Below the pieces are notes generated by a model that worked only from the letters and a program-made list of their open reading frames with translations, did not search any database and had not been told where the DNA came from. Source: a bacterium (GTDB lineage: Bacteria; Patescibacteriota; Minisyncoccia; Phycocordibacterales; UBA2100). Taken from it: DNA of 64,000 nucleotides. The translations under genes were made by a program, and so were the position numbers. Below, piece after piece: positions 54,856 through 64,000 of the stretch (position 1 is its first letter; each line of letters opens with the position of its first letter). The stretch lies in assembly GCA_009924895.1 (NCBI GenBank), contig RFQR01000001.1:79575-143574 (forward strand). The letters run 5' to 3'.

Positions 54856-56559
54856 ATGGCTGTGCAAGCATCTGTTTTAAGTACGCCTCTTGAAGGAGCA
54901 CTTCCTACTCGAGTAGTGGCGCAAGGTAAAATCCCGTTTGATGTCTTGCGCTACATTCCTGAAGATTCTATTCGCCATTACCAAATCGCGCCGCTTGCAG
55001 TTTCCGAAGGAGTGTTGGAGGTAGGCATCGTCGATCCCGATAACATCGCAGCGGTAGATGCGCTCAACTTTATTACTCGCAAAACGGGAGTTGCATTTAA
55101 ATTGTTTCGCATCTCAGAAAACGACTTAGAAAAAATTCTTGAAATGTACCGGGGATTGAAGGGGGATGTAGAAAAAGCGGTGTCGGACCTTACAACAGGC
55201 ACTGCGGTGCAGAAAGATGATGACGATGTAGCTGACATTGTGCCGCTTGATTTGAATATCGCCGCAGAACCGGCACAAGACATGAGTGTCACGCTCGCGA
55301 TTGCAGAAGATGCGCCCACCGTCAAAATCGCTTCAACTATCTTGCGGTATGCAATTGACGGCAGGGCATCCGATATCCATATCGAGGCATCGCCGCAGGG
55401 AGTAAAGGTGCGCTACCGTGTCGATGGTGAATTGCACACTAGCGTGGTATTGCCGCTTAACACCCATCGCGCACTCGTTGCTCGCTTCAAGGTTCTTTCC
55501 TCTATTCGCCTAGACGAACAGCGCAAACCCCAAGACGGACGTTTTAGCGCTTCAATTGATGGTCGCCAGATCGATTTTCGTGTTTCGACCTTTCCCTCAT
55601 ACTATGGAGAAAAGATAGTGATTCGTATTCTCGATCATAATCAGAGCTTTGTTTCGGTAACCGATCTGGGCCTCTCAGAGCGTGATTTGCGCGTCATTCG
55701 CAGAGCGCTCAAGCGGCCCCATGGACTCATACTGATTTCCGGTCCTACCGGAAGTGGTAAGTCAACCACGCTGTACTCAATGTTGTCGGAAATTGACCGA
55801 GAACGACTCAACGTACTTTCGCTTGAAGACCCGATTGAATACTTCGTTGATGGCGTCACACAGTCGCAAATGAAACCAGAAATCGGATATACGTTTGCCT
55901 CAGGGCTTCGCACGACACTCCGTCAAGACCCGGACGTTATCTTGGTGGGTGAGATTCGCGACTCTGAAACAGCAAAACTCGCCGTTCAAGCGGCGCTCAC
56001 GGGTCACCTCGTACTCTCAACAATTCACACCAACGATGCGGTGGGTACGGTTTCCCGTCTCGTTGATATGGGAGTTGAACCATACCTCATTCCTCCCGTC
56101 CTCGTACTCTCTATGGCGCAGCGCTTGGTAAAAACGCTCTGCCCCGGTACCGGAAAAAAGGTGCCGCTCTCTGCGAGTGCTCGTGTTGCAATTGAAGCTG
56201 AGCGCCTCTCGCTCCCCGAACAGCATCGGTTTGCGCTCCCAACCGAAGTATTCGAAGCTGAGCGTACCGCAACCTGTCCCACGGGTACCCGAGGCCGTAT
56301 GGCAGTCTTTGAAGTTCTGGAGATGAATACCGATATTGAACGCATCGTTCTCGAACAGCCCCTTAAGGAATCAAGCCTGAGAGCAGCAGCCCGAGCGCAA
56401 GGCATGCTTACCATGCGCGAAGACGCGCTCATGAAATCAGTTGCGGGTAAATTACCGTTTAACGAAGTATCGGGCCTTTCAAGCACCATCAATGTCGAGG
56501 AAGAGCCGGCACTTATCGCTGAGGACGTTGGGGATGCCGCAGTAAAAACAGTAGTATAA
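54856..56559 (+). CDS. pilB: Type IV pilus assembly ATPase PilB (GspE family)
   Basis: A T2SSE_N-like N-domain, Walker A ISGPTGSGKSTTLYS, Asp box, Walker B and a tetracysteine-like region are present. Confidence 0.9.
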   Translation: MAVQASVLSTPLEGALPTRVVAQGKIPFDVLRYIPEDSIRHYQIAPLAVSEGVLEVGIVDPDNIAAVDALNFITRKTGVAFKLFRISENDLEKILEMYRGLKGDVEKAVSDLTTGTAVQKDDDDVADIVPLDLNIAAEPAQDMSVTLAIAEDAPTVKIASTILRYAIDGRASDIHIEASPQGVKVRYRVDGELHTSVVLPLNTHRALVARFKVLSSIRLDEQRKPQDGRFSASIDGRQIDFRVSTFPSYYGEKIVIRILDHNQSFVSVTDLGLSERDLRVIRRALKRPHGLILISGPTGSGKSTTLYSMLSEIDRERLNVLSLEDPIEYFVDGVTQSQMKPEIGYTFASGLRTTLRQDPDVILVGEIRDSETAKLAVQAALTGHLVLSTIHTNDAVGTVSRLVDMGVEPYLIPPVLVLSMAQRLVKTLCPGTGKKVPLSASARVAIEAERLSLPEQHRFALPTEVFEAERTATCPTGTRGRMAVFEVLEMNTDIERIVLEQPLKESSLRAAARAQGMLTMREDALMKSVAGKLPFNEVSGLSSTINVEEEPALIAEDVGDAAVKTVV

Positions 56560-56568
56560 TGCTTTGAT

Positions 56569-56955
56569 ATGCAACCATTCGTACTTCTTGTCGACGATGA
56601 TAAGTTTCTTCTCGATATGTACGCCATGAAGTTTACGAAAGAGGGTTACAAGGTGCAGACGTGTTTGTCGGTTGATGAGGCGCTTACCGCGCTGCGAGGA
56701 GGACTTCAGCCTGATGCTATTTTGAGCGATATACTCATGCCGATTCACGATGGTTTCTACTTCTTCGACACGATTCAAAAAGAGAAGCTCTCGCCAAAGA
56801 GCGTTGTTATAGCGCTCACTAATCAAAGTTCGGCTGAGGAGCAGGCGCGCGCAGAGCAACTGGGAATGCATACCTACATCGTAAAGGCAACCATGATTCC
56901 TTCGGAGGTTGTCCAGGCGGTTGCCCAGGCATTGAAGCAAAAAAGTGGTGCGTGA
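56569..56955 (+). CDS. Single-domain response-regulator receiver (CheY-like)
   Basis: LLVDDDKFLLDMY, the phospho-acceptor-type ILSDILMP and ALTN...K are present. Confidence 0.8.
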   Translation: MQPFVLLVDDDKFLLDMYAMKFTKEGYKVQTCLSVDEALTALRGGLQPDAILSDILMPIHDGFYFFDTIQKEKLSPKSVVIALTNQSSAEEQARAEQLGMHTYIVKATMIPSEVVQAVAQALKQKSGA

Positions 56956-57016
56956 GTGTTCACACCCACGGTCTTTCCTATGCAGTTGAGTTAAAAAGTA
57001 TTGGTATACTTACGGA

Positions 57017-58078
57017 ATGGATTATCAAGCTCTTTTACGAAAGTACATCAACGTGGTTTCGCACGAAGCCGCTTCGGACTTGCATCTTGCGGTCGGCGCG
57101 CATCCGACGATACGCGTTGCAGGAGCGCTTACCCCGATGCTCAAAGAGTCAGTTCTTGCCCCTGAGGACACCGAAAGTTTTTTGAAAGTACTCCTTACAC
57201 CTGAACAGCTTGCGGAATTTCGTATTAAAAAAGAATTCGACTTTGCCTACCAAACCGCTGATGGTATTCGTTTTCGTGGCAACGCATTCTTTCAGCGAGG
57301 CTCCGTGGGAATCGCGCTGCGCCTTATCCCGCCGGTTATTCGACCTATTCACGAACTGAATGTGCCTGATGTGCTCGAAACTTTTGCACGTAAATCCCAA
57401 GGATTCTTTTTGGTGGTGGGTCCTGTTGGGCAAGGAAAGTCAACGACGCTTTCTGCGATGATAGAACTCATCAACGTCGAGCGTATGGAACATATTGTGA
57501 CAATTGAAGACCCTATAGAGCACGTGTTTGAACCGAAACAATCACTCATTGCGCAGCGAGAAGTGGGTATTGACACCAAGGACTTTGCCTCCGCCCTGGT
57601 CTCTGCGTTTCGCGAAGACGTTGATGTGATCTTGGTAGGGGAAATGCGCGGTCCGGAAACAATGTCAGCGGCGGTGACGGCGGCAGAAACTGGCCACCTC
57701 GTCTTCTCCACCTTGCACACCAACAATGCCGCACAGACGATTGATCGCATTATCGATACCTTTCCCGCAAATCAACAAGATCAGATCCGCCTTCAGCTCG
57801 CTTCCTCTCTTATGGGTATTTTTTCACAACGCCTCCTTCCGCGCGTCTCGGGTGGCCTTATTCCGGCCTATGAGCTTTTGATCAACAACAAGGCGGTATC
57901 TAACTTAATTCGTGAAAAACGTACACACGAAATCAATACGGTCATCGAAACGGGCTCGTCGGAAGGCATGATTGATATGAACCGCTCTCTTGCGGATTTG
58001 GTCGCGCGAGGAGAGATAACTGTAGAGACTGCGTACCAGTATTCGCAGAATCCCAACATGCTGCAAAAGCTTCTGTAG
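57017..58078 (+). CDS. pilT: Twitching-motility/retraction ATPase PilT
   Basis: Its length is 353 aa and it has Walker A VVGPVGQGKSTTL and the PilT-type His box. Confidence 0.9.
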   Translation: MDYQALLRKYINVVSHEAASDLHLAVGAHPTIRVAGALTPMLKESVLAPEDTESFLKVLLTPEQLAEFRIKKEFDFAYQTADGIRFRGNAFFQRGSVGIALRLIPPVIRPIHELNVPDVLETFARKSQGFFLVVGPVGQGKSTTLSAMIELINVERMEHIVTIEDPIEHVFEPKQSLIAQREVGIDTKDFASALVSAFREDVDVILVGEMRGPETMSAAVTAAETGHLVFSTLHTNNAAQTIDRIIDTFPANQQDQIRLQLASSLMGIFSQRLLPRVSGGLIPAYELLINNKAVSNLIREKRTHEINTVIETGSSEGMIDMNRSLADLVARGEITVETAYQYSQNPNMLQKLL

Positions 58079-58081
58079 CGT

Positions 58082-59290
58082 ATGGCAGTTTTTACTTACA
58101 CCGCACTCGATCAAGAGGGAAATCAGCGCAAAGGCACGATTGATGCAGTCGGGCTTGATGTCGCAATTGCTGCGCTGCAGCGTCGTGGACTCATTATTTC
58201 TGATATTCAAGCGGAAGAAGTGAAGGAATCACTGAGCCAGAGATTTTCGTTCTTAAACGGTGTGACCACAGCGGATGTTGTCTTGCTCTCACGTCAAATC
58301 ACAACGCTCTTTGAGGCACAAGTATCAGCGTTGCGCGCGTTTAAACTTCTTGCCGCCGAGGCACGTACCCCACAGCTCTCTGGTCAACTCACTGCAATTG
58401 CAAACGATATTCAGGCAGGAAGCAGTATCTCTACCGCGCTTTCACGGCACCCGGACGTTTTTTCACTGTTTTACGTCAGTATGGTGCGCGCCGGAGAAGA
58501 GACGGGAAAGCTTGATGAAACCTTTTCGTTCCTCGCGGACTACCTTGATCGTAACTATGAGATTAGTCAGAAGGCGAAAAATGCCCTTATTTACCCCACA
58601 TTTATTGTCTTTACGTTTATCACGGTCATGACGCTCGTTATGACCCTCGTTATTCCGCAACTCGCTTCAATGCTCAATGATGTGGGACAGGAAATACCGC
58701 TCTATACCCGCGTTGTGATTGGAATAAGTTTATTTCTCTCGCACTACATTGTCCCGATTCTCATACTACTCGTACTCTTGGGCGGTTTTTCCTATCGATA
58801 TTTTCAGACACCCGCTGGCAAAATGCTGTTTTCTCGCGCCCGCCTTCAGGTGCCGCATATCGGTGGTCTCTACCAAAAACTCTTTCTCTCGCGCATTGCC
58901 GATAATCTCTCGACCATGCTCACGAGCGGCATTCAGCTTCTGCGCGGTCTCGAAGTGACCTCAAATGTAGTCGGTGATCCTGTGTATGAAAAAGTGCTTC
59001 TTGAGGCGACGCAGGATGTACGAGCGGGGCTCCCGGTCTCTGAAGCATTTCGTAAGCACCCCGAAATACCGGGTGTTATTGTCGCGATGATGAAAATCGG
59101 TGAGGAAACTGGTAATACCGGTAAAATCCTCAATACTATTGCAAAATATTATCGACGAGAGGTAAATAACGCTATCGATACTTTGGTGGGACTCATTGAA
59201 CCGATCATGATTGTGGCGCTTGCGGTTGGTGTTGCGTTCTTACTCGCGGCAGTCTTGGTACCGATATATAACATTGCGTCAGGATTCTAA
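58082..59290 (+). CDS. pilC: Type IV pilus platform protein PilC (GspF family)
   Basis: It has two GspF repeats and three TM segments. Confidence 0.9.
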   Translation: MAVFTYTALDQEGNQRKGTIDAVGLDVAIAALQRRGLIISDIQAEEVKESLSQRFSFLNGVTTADVVLLSRQITTLFEAQVSALRAFKLLAAEARTPQLSGQLTAIANDIQAGSSISTALSRHPDVFSLFYVSMVRAGEETGKLDETFSFLADYLDRNYEISQKAKNALIYPTFIVFTFITVMTLVMTLVIPQLASMLNDVGQEIPLYTRVVIGISLFLSHYIVPILILLVLLGGFSYRYFQTPAGKMLFSRARLQVPHIGGLYQKLFLSRIADNLSTMLTSGIQLLRGLEVTSNVVGDPVYEKVLLEATQDVRAGLPVSEAFRKHPEIPGVIVAMMKIGEETGNTGKILNTIAKYYRREVNNAIDTLVGLIEPIMIVALAVGVAFLLAAVLVPIYNIASGF

Positions 59291-59394
59291 ACTCGAGTTT
59301 GTCCACAGAGTACAAGAGGGCGCGCGTGAGAGCGGTATAATAGAAGCACGTCGCCCTTTAGGTGATGGCAATTATTTACTTAATCTAATTTACT

Positions 59395-59871
59395 ATGCAG
59401 CATGCAACAAAACGAGGTTTTACCTTGATCGAACTTCTCGTTGTTATTGCTATTATTGGTCTCCTGTCAACAGTAGTCTTGGCATCACTCAGTTCTGCTC
59501 GCGCGAAAAGTCGTGACGCTCGCCGTCTTTCAGATCTCAAGCAAATCGCAAACGCTGTTGCGCTCATTGACACGGGTGTTTCTACTACTGCCTTTGCTGG
59601 CTGTACTGCTGCTGGTGCGCGCGCAACGACGTGTACAACGCCTGATTTGTCCAAGTTTACCGACCCATCAGGATCGACGACTGCATGTACGACAACCTCA
59701 GGTGCTGCATGTGACTACGCTGTAGGTAAGGGAGCTCTCGCAACCGCAGGAGCTGACACTGGTACCTGGGAAGTATGTGTGTATCTTGAAACGAAAGCAG
59801 GACCGCTCACCACAAACGGTGGTATGGTCAGGGTTGATCAGAATGGTAACGTTTCAGCGGGTTGTAACTAG
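59395..59871 (+). CDS. Type IV major pilin (prepilin with class III signal)
   Basis: RGFTLIELLVVIAIIGLLS shows G-1, F+1 and E+5. Confidence 0.85.
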   Translation: MQHATKRGFTLIELLVVIAIIGLLSTVVLASLSSARAKSRDARRLSDLKQIANAVALIDTGVSTTAFAGCTAAGARATTCTTPDLSKFTDPSGSTTACTTTSGAACDYAVGKGALATAGADTGTWEVCVYLETKAGPLTTNGGMVRVDQNGNVSAGCN

Positions 59872-59876
59872 CATCT

Positions 59877-60356
59877 ATGCACCGAAATCGAGGCTTCACA
59901 CTGATAGAGCTTTTGGTTGTCATTGCCATCATCGGCATGCTCTCAACAGTTGTGCTTGCCTCGTTTTCGAGTGCGCGCAAAAAAGGAGTCGATGCGCGCC
60001 GTGTTGGTGATATAAAACAGGTGCAGCTTGCGCTCGAGCTCTACAACGATGCAAACGGCACGTATCCTGTGCAAGGCACGCTCGGAAGTATTCCAGCGGG
60101 GCTTGCACCAACTTTCATTTCGGTTGTTCCTACTGATCCAAAGAATTCGAGTCCCTACGTATATCAATACATCTCCACCGACGGAGCAGCATCTCCTGCA
60201 GCCTGTAGCGCTACTGCCTGCGCGGGGTATGTTCTTCGCGCGGATCTTGAAACACAAGGCCATACGTCGCTTGCGAATGATATCGACGGCACCCCGGCGG
60301 GCGTTGATTGTGCTGATATTTCGACAACGAACTATTACTACTGCGTCCAGCCGTAG
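59877..60356 (+). CDS. Type IV pilin, tandem paralogue
   Basis: RGFTLIELLVVIAIIGMLS is present, and the C-terminus has a Cys pair. Confidence 0.85.
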   Translation: MHRNRGFTLIELLVVIAIIGMLSTVVLASFSSARKKGVDARRVGDIKQVQLALELYNDANGTYPVQGTLGSIPAGLAPTFISVVPTDPKNSSPYVYQYISTDGAASPAACSATACAGYVLRADLETQGHTSLANDIDGTPAGVDCADISTTNYYYCVQP

Positions 60357-60388
60357 TGGCACGCGCGCAATAGCTTCTGAGAACCGCC

Positions 60389-61225
60389 ATGGGGCGGTTT
60401 TTTCGCGATATACTGAGCGCTATGGCACTTTTTGGTGTGTTCGGACTCATTGTCGGGAGCTTTCTCAATGTATTTGTTTTGCGGTGGGGAACAGGGAGGG
60501 GCATGGGGGGAAGAAGTGCCTGTATGTCATGTGGGTATCAGCTGCGATGGTATGATCTCGTCCCGATTTTTTCATGGCTACTTTTGAAAGGACGGTGCCG
60601 TTCGTGCAGCAGCGCTATTTCATTTCAGTATCCACTCGTCGAGCTTTTGACAGCGCTCAGTTTTGCGTTTCTTGGAGGCGTGCCTGGTGTGCCACTCCTT
60701 ATACAAGTCCTCTGGTGTATTGTCGCTTCGCTATTGCTTGTAATTGCGATCTACGATCTTCGTCATACGATCATTCCTGATACGTGGGTATACGCATTCT
60801 GCCTCCTCGCGCTTCTCTCCATGGGCCCCGCCATGACAAGCAGTATGCCTTTGCATTGGTACCTTGTCGCAGGTCCCCTTACGGCATTTCCTCTCTTTGG
60901 TATCTGGTTGTTCTCGCGCGGGACGGCTATGGGGTTTGGTGACGTGAAGCTTGCAGTCGGAATTGGCTATCTTTTGGGTCCTTGGTTTGGGCTCGGAGCG
61001 ATTATGTGCGCGTTTATGATTGGAGGCCTCATAAGCGTACCGCTGTTAGTAGGTTCATCAGTGTGGTGGCGAGGCATGTCGGTACGTCTTGCACAGAGAG
61101 GTCTCATACTGCCACGAGTCTCTGTTACAATGAAAAGTGAGATTCCATTCGGGCCCTTTCTGGTTCTCGCGACTTTTCTGCTCTGGCTTTTGTGGCTCTA
61201 CGGTCTCTCTCTCTCATTTTCATGA
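60389..61225 (+). CDS. pilD: Prepilin peptidase PilD (A24 family) with a zinc-binding CxxC...CxxC loop
   Basis: The polytopic membrane protein has CMSCGY...CRSC and conserved Asp-containing loops. Confidence 0.85.
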   Translation: MGRFFRDILSAMALFGVFGLIVGSFLNVFVLRWGTGRGMGGRSACMSCGYQLRWYDLVPIFSWLLLKGRCRSCSSAISFQYPLVELLTALSFAFLGGVPGVPLLIQVLWCIVASLLLVIAIYDLRHTIIPDTWVYAFCLLALLSMGPAMTSSMPLHWYLVAGPLTAFPLFGIWLFSRGTAMGFGDVKLAVGIGYLLGPWFGLGAIMCAFMIGGLISVPLLVGSSVWWRGMSVRLAQRGLILPRVSVTMKSEIPFGPFLVLATFLLWLLWLYGLSLSFS

Positions 61226-61794
61226 AGCACACGTTTTCTCGCGGCTTTTCGATTGTCGAGCTTTTGGTAGTAACCGCGATCGTGGTCATGGTGACTGCGC
61301 TCTTGCTTTCGAATCATGCAAAATTTGGTAGTGTCGTAGTCCTTGAACGCCTCGCATATCAGGTCGCCTCGACTGTTCGTAAGGCACAAGTATACGGAAC
61401 CTCGGTATACCGAAACGATATTGGCGGCTTTGCTTCATCGTATGGCGTATTTGCCACACTTTCGAGCCCGAGTAGTTACCTATTGTTTACCGACACGGTA
61501 TCAGCAAATGGCATATATGACACAGGAGAATCGTATGAAAACATCCAACTCATGAATGGATACACCGTTCGAAAACTCTGCGCCACACCTCCTGGCGGCT
61601 CTGAAGATTGTGCATTCACCAGCCTCAACATCTTGTTCAAACGACCAGAACCGGATGCACTTATTCGTACGCAAGCAGGCGGAGTACTTCAGGAAAGCGC
61701 AAAAATTATTCTTCGTTCTCCTCAAAACGACTGCAGAGCTGTTTTTATAACCGCAACCGGTCAAGTCGAAGTTCGGGTAGCGACATGTTCATAA
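61222..61794 (+). CDS. Minor pilin / pseudopilin
   Basis: RGFSIVELLVVTAIVVM prepilin signal. Confidence 0.7.
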   Translation: MKHTFSRGFSIVELLVVTAIVVMVTALLLSNHAKFGSVVVLERLAYQVASTVRKAQVYGTSVYRNDIGGFASSYGVFATLSSPSSYLLFTDTVSANGIYDTGESYENIQLMNGYTVRKLCATPPGGSEDCAFTSLNILFKRPEPDALIRTQAGGVLQESAKIILRSPQNDCRAVFITATGQVEVRVATCS

Positions 61795-61797
61795 GAT

Positions 61798-62364
61798 ATG
61801 ACCACAATGCGACATAATCGTGGATTTACGCTTATAGAAACCATTGTCGCAGTTGCACTTTTTTCTATTGTGATGCTGGTGGGCACCTCTGCACTGCTCT
61901 CACTCGTTTCCGCGAATCGAAAGGCACAGGCGCTACAGTCAGTGATGAATAACCTCAATACTGGTGTCGACGGCATGGTTCGCGCTATCCGCATGGGAAG
62001 TGCTATTCGCTGCGGTGGTCCATCGCCCACAGACCCGAATTGCCCCAATGGCGGCAGTGTTATTTATTTTGAATCGTACGGGGGGAATAAGTCATCCACG
62101 CTTGATGACTGGATGTACTCTTACAACGCTGCACAGCGCCGACTTGAGCGCTCCCAACAAAATGGATCAAATCCGCTTGCGATAACCGCACCCGAGATCA
62201 GTATTGATTCATGTACGTTTTATGTTGTTGGCGCAACCCGAGGCGATATCACTCAGCCCAAGGTTCTCATTGTGATTAAGGGTACCGTTGCAGCGTCTGA
62301 CCCGCGGTTTCGTACCTCCTTTACCCTTCAGGCAACTGCAGTGCAGCGTTCACTCGATATTTAA
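61798..62364 (+). CDS. Minor pilin / pseudopilin
   Basis: RGFTLIETIVAVALFSIV prepilin signal. Confidence 0.7.
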   Translation: MTTMRHNRGFTLIETIVAVALFSIVMLVGTSALLSLVSANRKAQALQSVMNNLNTGVDGMVRAIRMGSAIRCGGPSPTDPNCPNGGSVIYFESYGGNKSSTLDDWMYSYNAAQRRLERSQQNGSNPLAITAPEISIDSCTFYVVGATRGDITQPKVLIVIKGTVAASDPRFRTSFTLQATAVQRSLDI

Positions 62365-62366
62365 CT

Positions 62367-62945
62367 ATGAGCACTCGCGGATTCACTCTCATTGAAACAT
62401 TAGTTGCCGTCATGATTCTTTCGCTTGCGCTTATTGGGCCGATGGCGCTCGTTGCGCGCTCGGTCGCTACCTCGTTTTATTCACGCGACCAAGTCGTCGC
62501 GTTTTTTCTCGCACAAGAAGCGCTTGAGTCGATACGAAATGCTCGTGATAACAACATTCTTTCGAATGCATACGGAACACCGACAAGCCTCCTTGCAGGA
62601 TTTCCCGCAATTGATAACAGCCCTTTTGTTATCGATAGTCGCGACAACCTCATGATTTCATGCCAGGGCGGTGTATGCCCGCCTCTTAAGACAGATGGGG
62701 TATTTTATGCCTATGGTCCGACAGGAACTACGCAGATTTATAGTGCGCAAACAGGGTGGAGCCCAACGCGCTTTACTCGGACCGTTCGTGCTCAATATGT
62801 GAAAAAACCCGATGGAATCGATAACACTGATCAGATTAAGGTTACCGTAACGATTACCTGGCGTAGCAGCGGCGCAGTTCCGACGAAAACAGTGACACTC
62901 TCTGAAGAGTTTTATAAGTGGATTCCCAATAATGCGTTGCAATAA
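62367..62945 (+). CDS. Minor pilin / pseudopilin
   Basis: RGFTLIETLVAVMILSL prepilin signal. Confidence 0.7.
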   Translation: MSTRGFTLIETLVAVMILSLALIGPMALVARSVATSFYSRDQVVAFFLAQEALESIRNARDNNILSNAYGTPTSLLAGFPAIDNSPFVIDSRDNLMISCQGGVCPPLKTDGVFYAYGPTGTTQIYSAQTGWSPTRFTRTVRAQYVKKPDGIDNTDQIKVTVTITWRSSGAVPTKTVTLSEEFYKWIPNNALQ

Positions 62946-62949
62946 CGGT

Positions 62950-63417
62950 ATGAATAACAAGCACACCAATCGAGGCTTCACGATTCTTCTTGCCGCACTG
63001 GTTTCTTCCATCGTGCTCGCTCTCGGTATCTCTGTCTTTGAGCTTGCACAAAAAAGTATTTTTCTCTCGGGTATGGGACGCGATTCTCAATATGCGTTTT
63101 ACACGGCTGACACTGCTGCTGAGTGTGCGCTGTATTGGGACATTCGGTACAATTATTTCGGCACGACTCCGCCTCCCGAAGTGGTTTCTCCCGAACCGCA
63201 GTGCGATGGTCAGTCGCTCACCGTGAGCGGGCGGCAGGCCGCACCTCCCTACACCATGTCGTTTCAGTTTCAGCCGGGAGGCTACTGCGCACAAGTCACG
63301 GTCACTAAAAACGCCCTCACCCCCAAAACAGTGATACATGCCGACGGGTTTAGTGTCTCGTGTGCAAATCTTGGATCGTCGCGCTCTCTGCAGCGCAGTG
63401 TCGAGTTGCGCTATTGA
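62950..63417 (+). CDS. PilX/GspK-like minor pilin lacking E+5
   Basis: It has RGFTILLAALVSS and a Cys pair. Confidence 0.5.
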   Translation: MNNKHTNRGFTILLAALVSSIVLALGISVFELAQKSIFLSGMGRDSQYAFYTADTAAECALYWDIRYNYFGTTPPPEVVSPEPQCDGQSLTVSGRQAAPPYTMSFQFQPGGYCAQVTVTKNALTPKTVIHADGFSVSCANLGSSRSLQRSVELRY

Positions 63418-63438
63418 TGTCTGTGGTAGAGTGGTGGC

Positions 63439-64000
63439 ATGATTCCCAAAAGCGTACGCGAACGATACCGAAAGCTCGTGGATACCATACACGAGTATCG
63501 GCGCGCCTACCATGTATACGACCGCGAAATAGTTTCTTCGGCGGCGCTCGACAGTCTCAAACACGAACTCACGCAGATAGAGGCACAGTATCCTCGCATT
63601 ATTGCCCCCGACAGCCCGTCGCTGCGCATCTCCGGCGAAGTGATGCCTCAATTTCAAAAGACGCGTCACGAAGTGGCGCAGTGGTCCTTCAATGACATCT
63701 TTAACGAAAAAGAACTTCACGATTTTGATGCGCGCATAACGCGTTTTTTGAAAGACAGTATCCAAAACCCACATCCGACATACCTCTGCGAACTCAAAAT
63801 CGATGGCCTCAAGATTGTACTCACGTACAAACGCGGCATCCTTGAGAGCGCCGCGACGCGTGGTGATGGAGTCGTGGGTGAAGACGTGACGCACACGGTT
63901 CGCACGATTGAATCAGTGCCGCTTTCGCTGACGCGCCCAATTGATGTTGTGGTCGAAGGAGAAGCGTGGCTCGGTGAGAGTGTTTTTGCAGCGCTCAATA
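63439..64000 (+). CDS. ligA: NAD-dependent DNA ligase, 5' part only; the gene continues past the window end
   Basis: The adenylation-domain KxDG motif (CELKIDGLK) and the LigA Ia-domain N-terminus are present. It is absent from the track because it has no in-window stop. Confidence 0.85.
   Translation, partial: MIPKSVRERYRKLVDTIHEYRRAYHVYDREIVSSAALDSLKHELTQIEAQYPRIIAPDSPSLRISGEVMPQFQKTRHEVAQWSFNDIFNEKELHDFDARITRFLKDSIQNPHPTYLCELKIDGLKIVLTYKRGILESAATRGDGVVGEDVTHTVRTIESVPLSLTRPIDVVVEGEAWLGESVFAALN

Noticed and set aside
62854-63894. A 346-aa minus-strand ORF spanning the minor-pilin genes and the start of ligA
   Set aside because: It fully overlaps four well-supported plus-strand genes carrying prepilin signals and the LigA KxDG motif. 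Its composition is not protein-like, so it is a shadow ORF.
1-64000. Genome-wide UGA recoding (code 25 or code 4) as an explanation for the in-frame TGA at 46029
   Set aside because: Many genes in the window end at TGA with immediately coupled downstream starts (ATGA overlaps at 10161, 17254, 18051, 18929, 19594, 22117, 26565, 33729, 40596, 53923 and 61222). Gene lengths match family norms under code 11.
1-64000. CRISPR arrays, rRNA genes and additional tRNAs
   Set aside because: No regularly spaced direct repeats and no rRNA-like conserved stretches were found on reading. Only the two tRNAs reported (Leu-CAG on the minus strand and Met-CAT on the plus strand) show cloverleaf-compatible sequence with T-loop TTCGAGT.

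Overview
This window reads as a compact bacterial chromosome segment with short, tightly packed and often start/stop-overlapping genes. It resembles a Candidate Phyla Radiation (Patescibacteria)-like genome with roughly 50% GC; this is an inference from gene content only. Genetic code 11 is assumed. Backbone content, left to right: (1) a partial membrane-anchored histidine kinase; (2) a large HYR/prenyltransferase-repeat surface protein and a DUF4430-like protein; (3) a peptidoglycan-precursor cluster murI-murD-murC-rsmI interrupted by selfish-element insertions; (4) a soluble TraD/VirD4-like ATPase and a lamin-tail-domain surface protein; (5) a roughly 25 kb surface-glycan/glycosylation locus containing many GT4/GT2 transferases, RfbB and an RfbA-like enzyme, a sugar aminotransferase, C-, O- and N-type methyltransferases, a GT39-like membrane transferase, a Wzx flippase, GtrA, a cytidylyltransferase and an O-antigen-ligase/TPR protein; (6) a NUDIX hydrolase followed by tRNA-Met; (7) a block of surface, secreted and membrane proteins, several of them disrupted; (8) a TlpA-like thioredoxin and a DEAD-box helicase; (9) a complete type IV pilus locus (pilM/N/O, pilB, a CheY-like receiver, pilT, pilC, two tandem major pilins, pilD, four pilin-like genes); and (10) the 5' end of ligA. 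The accessory content is the most interesting part. There are three homologous large-serine-recombinase C-terminal modules. One is an intact 560-aa recombinase whose last codons are encoded by the 3' half of a minus-strand tRNA-Leu(CAG); it defines a small integrated element that also contains an AT-rich free-standing double-motif LAGLIDADG endonuclease gene. Two decayed recombinase fragments lie back to back next to tRNA-Met, together with a perfect 14-bp inverted repeat and a histidine-phosphatase gene that has lost its catalytic N-terminus. Two toxin-antitoxin-type insertions are wedged into the mur operon: an RHH/RelE pair with a palindromic operator, and a composite of a GC-rich foreign ORF, a truncated YVND reverse-transcriptase fragment and an orphan MazF-like toxin. 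No CRISPR array and no rRNA gene were seen.
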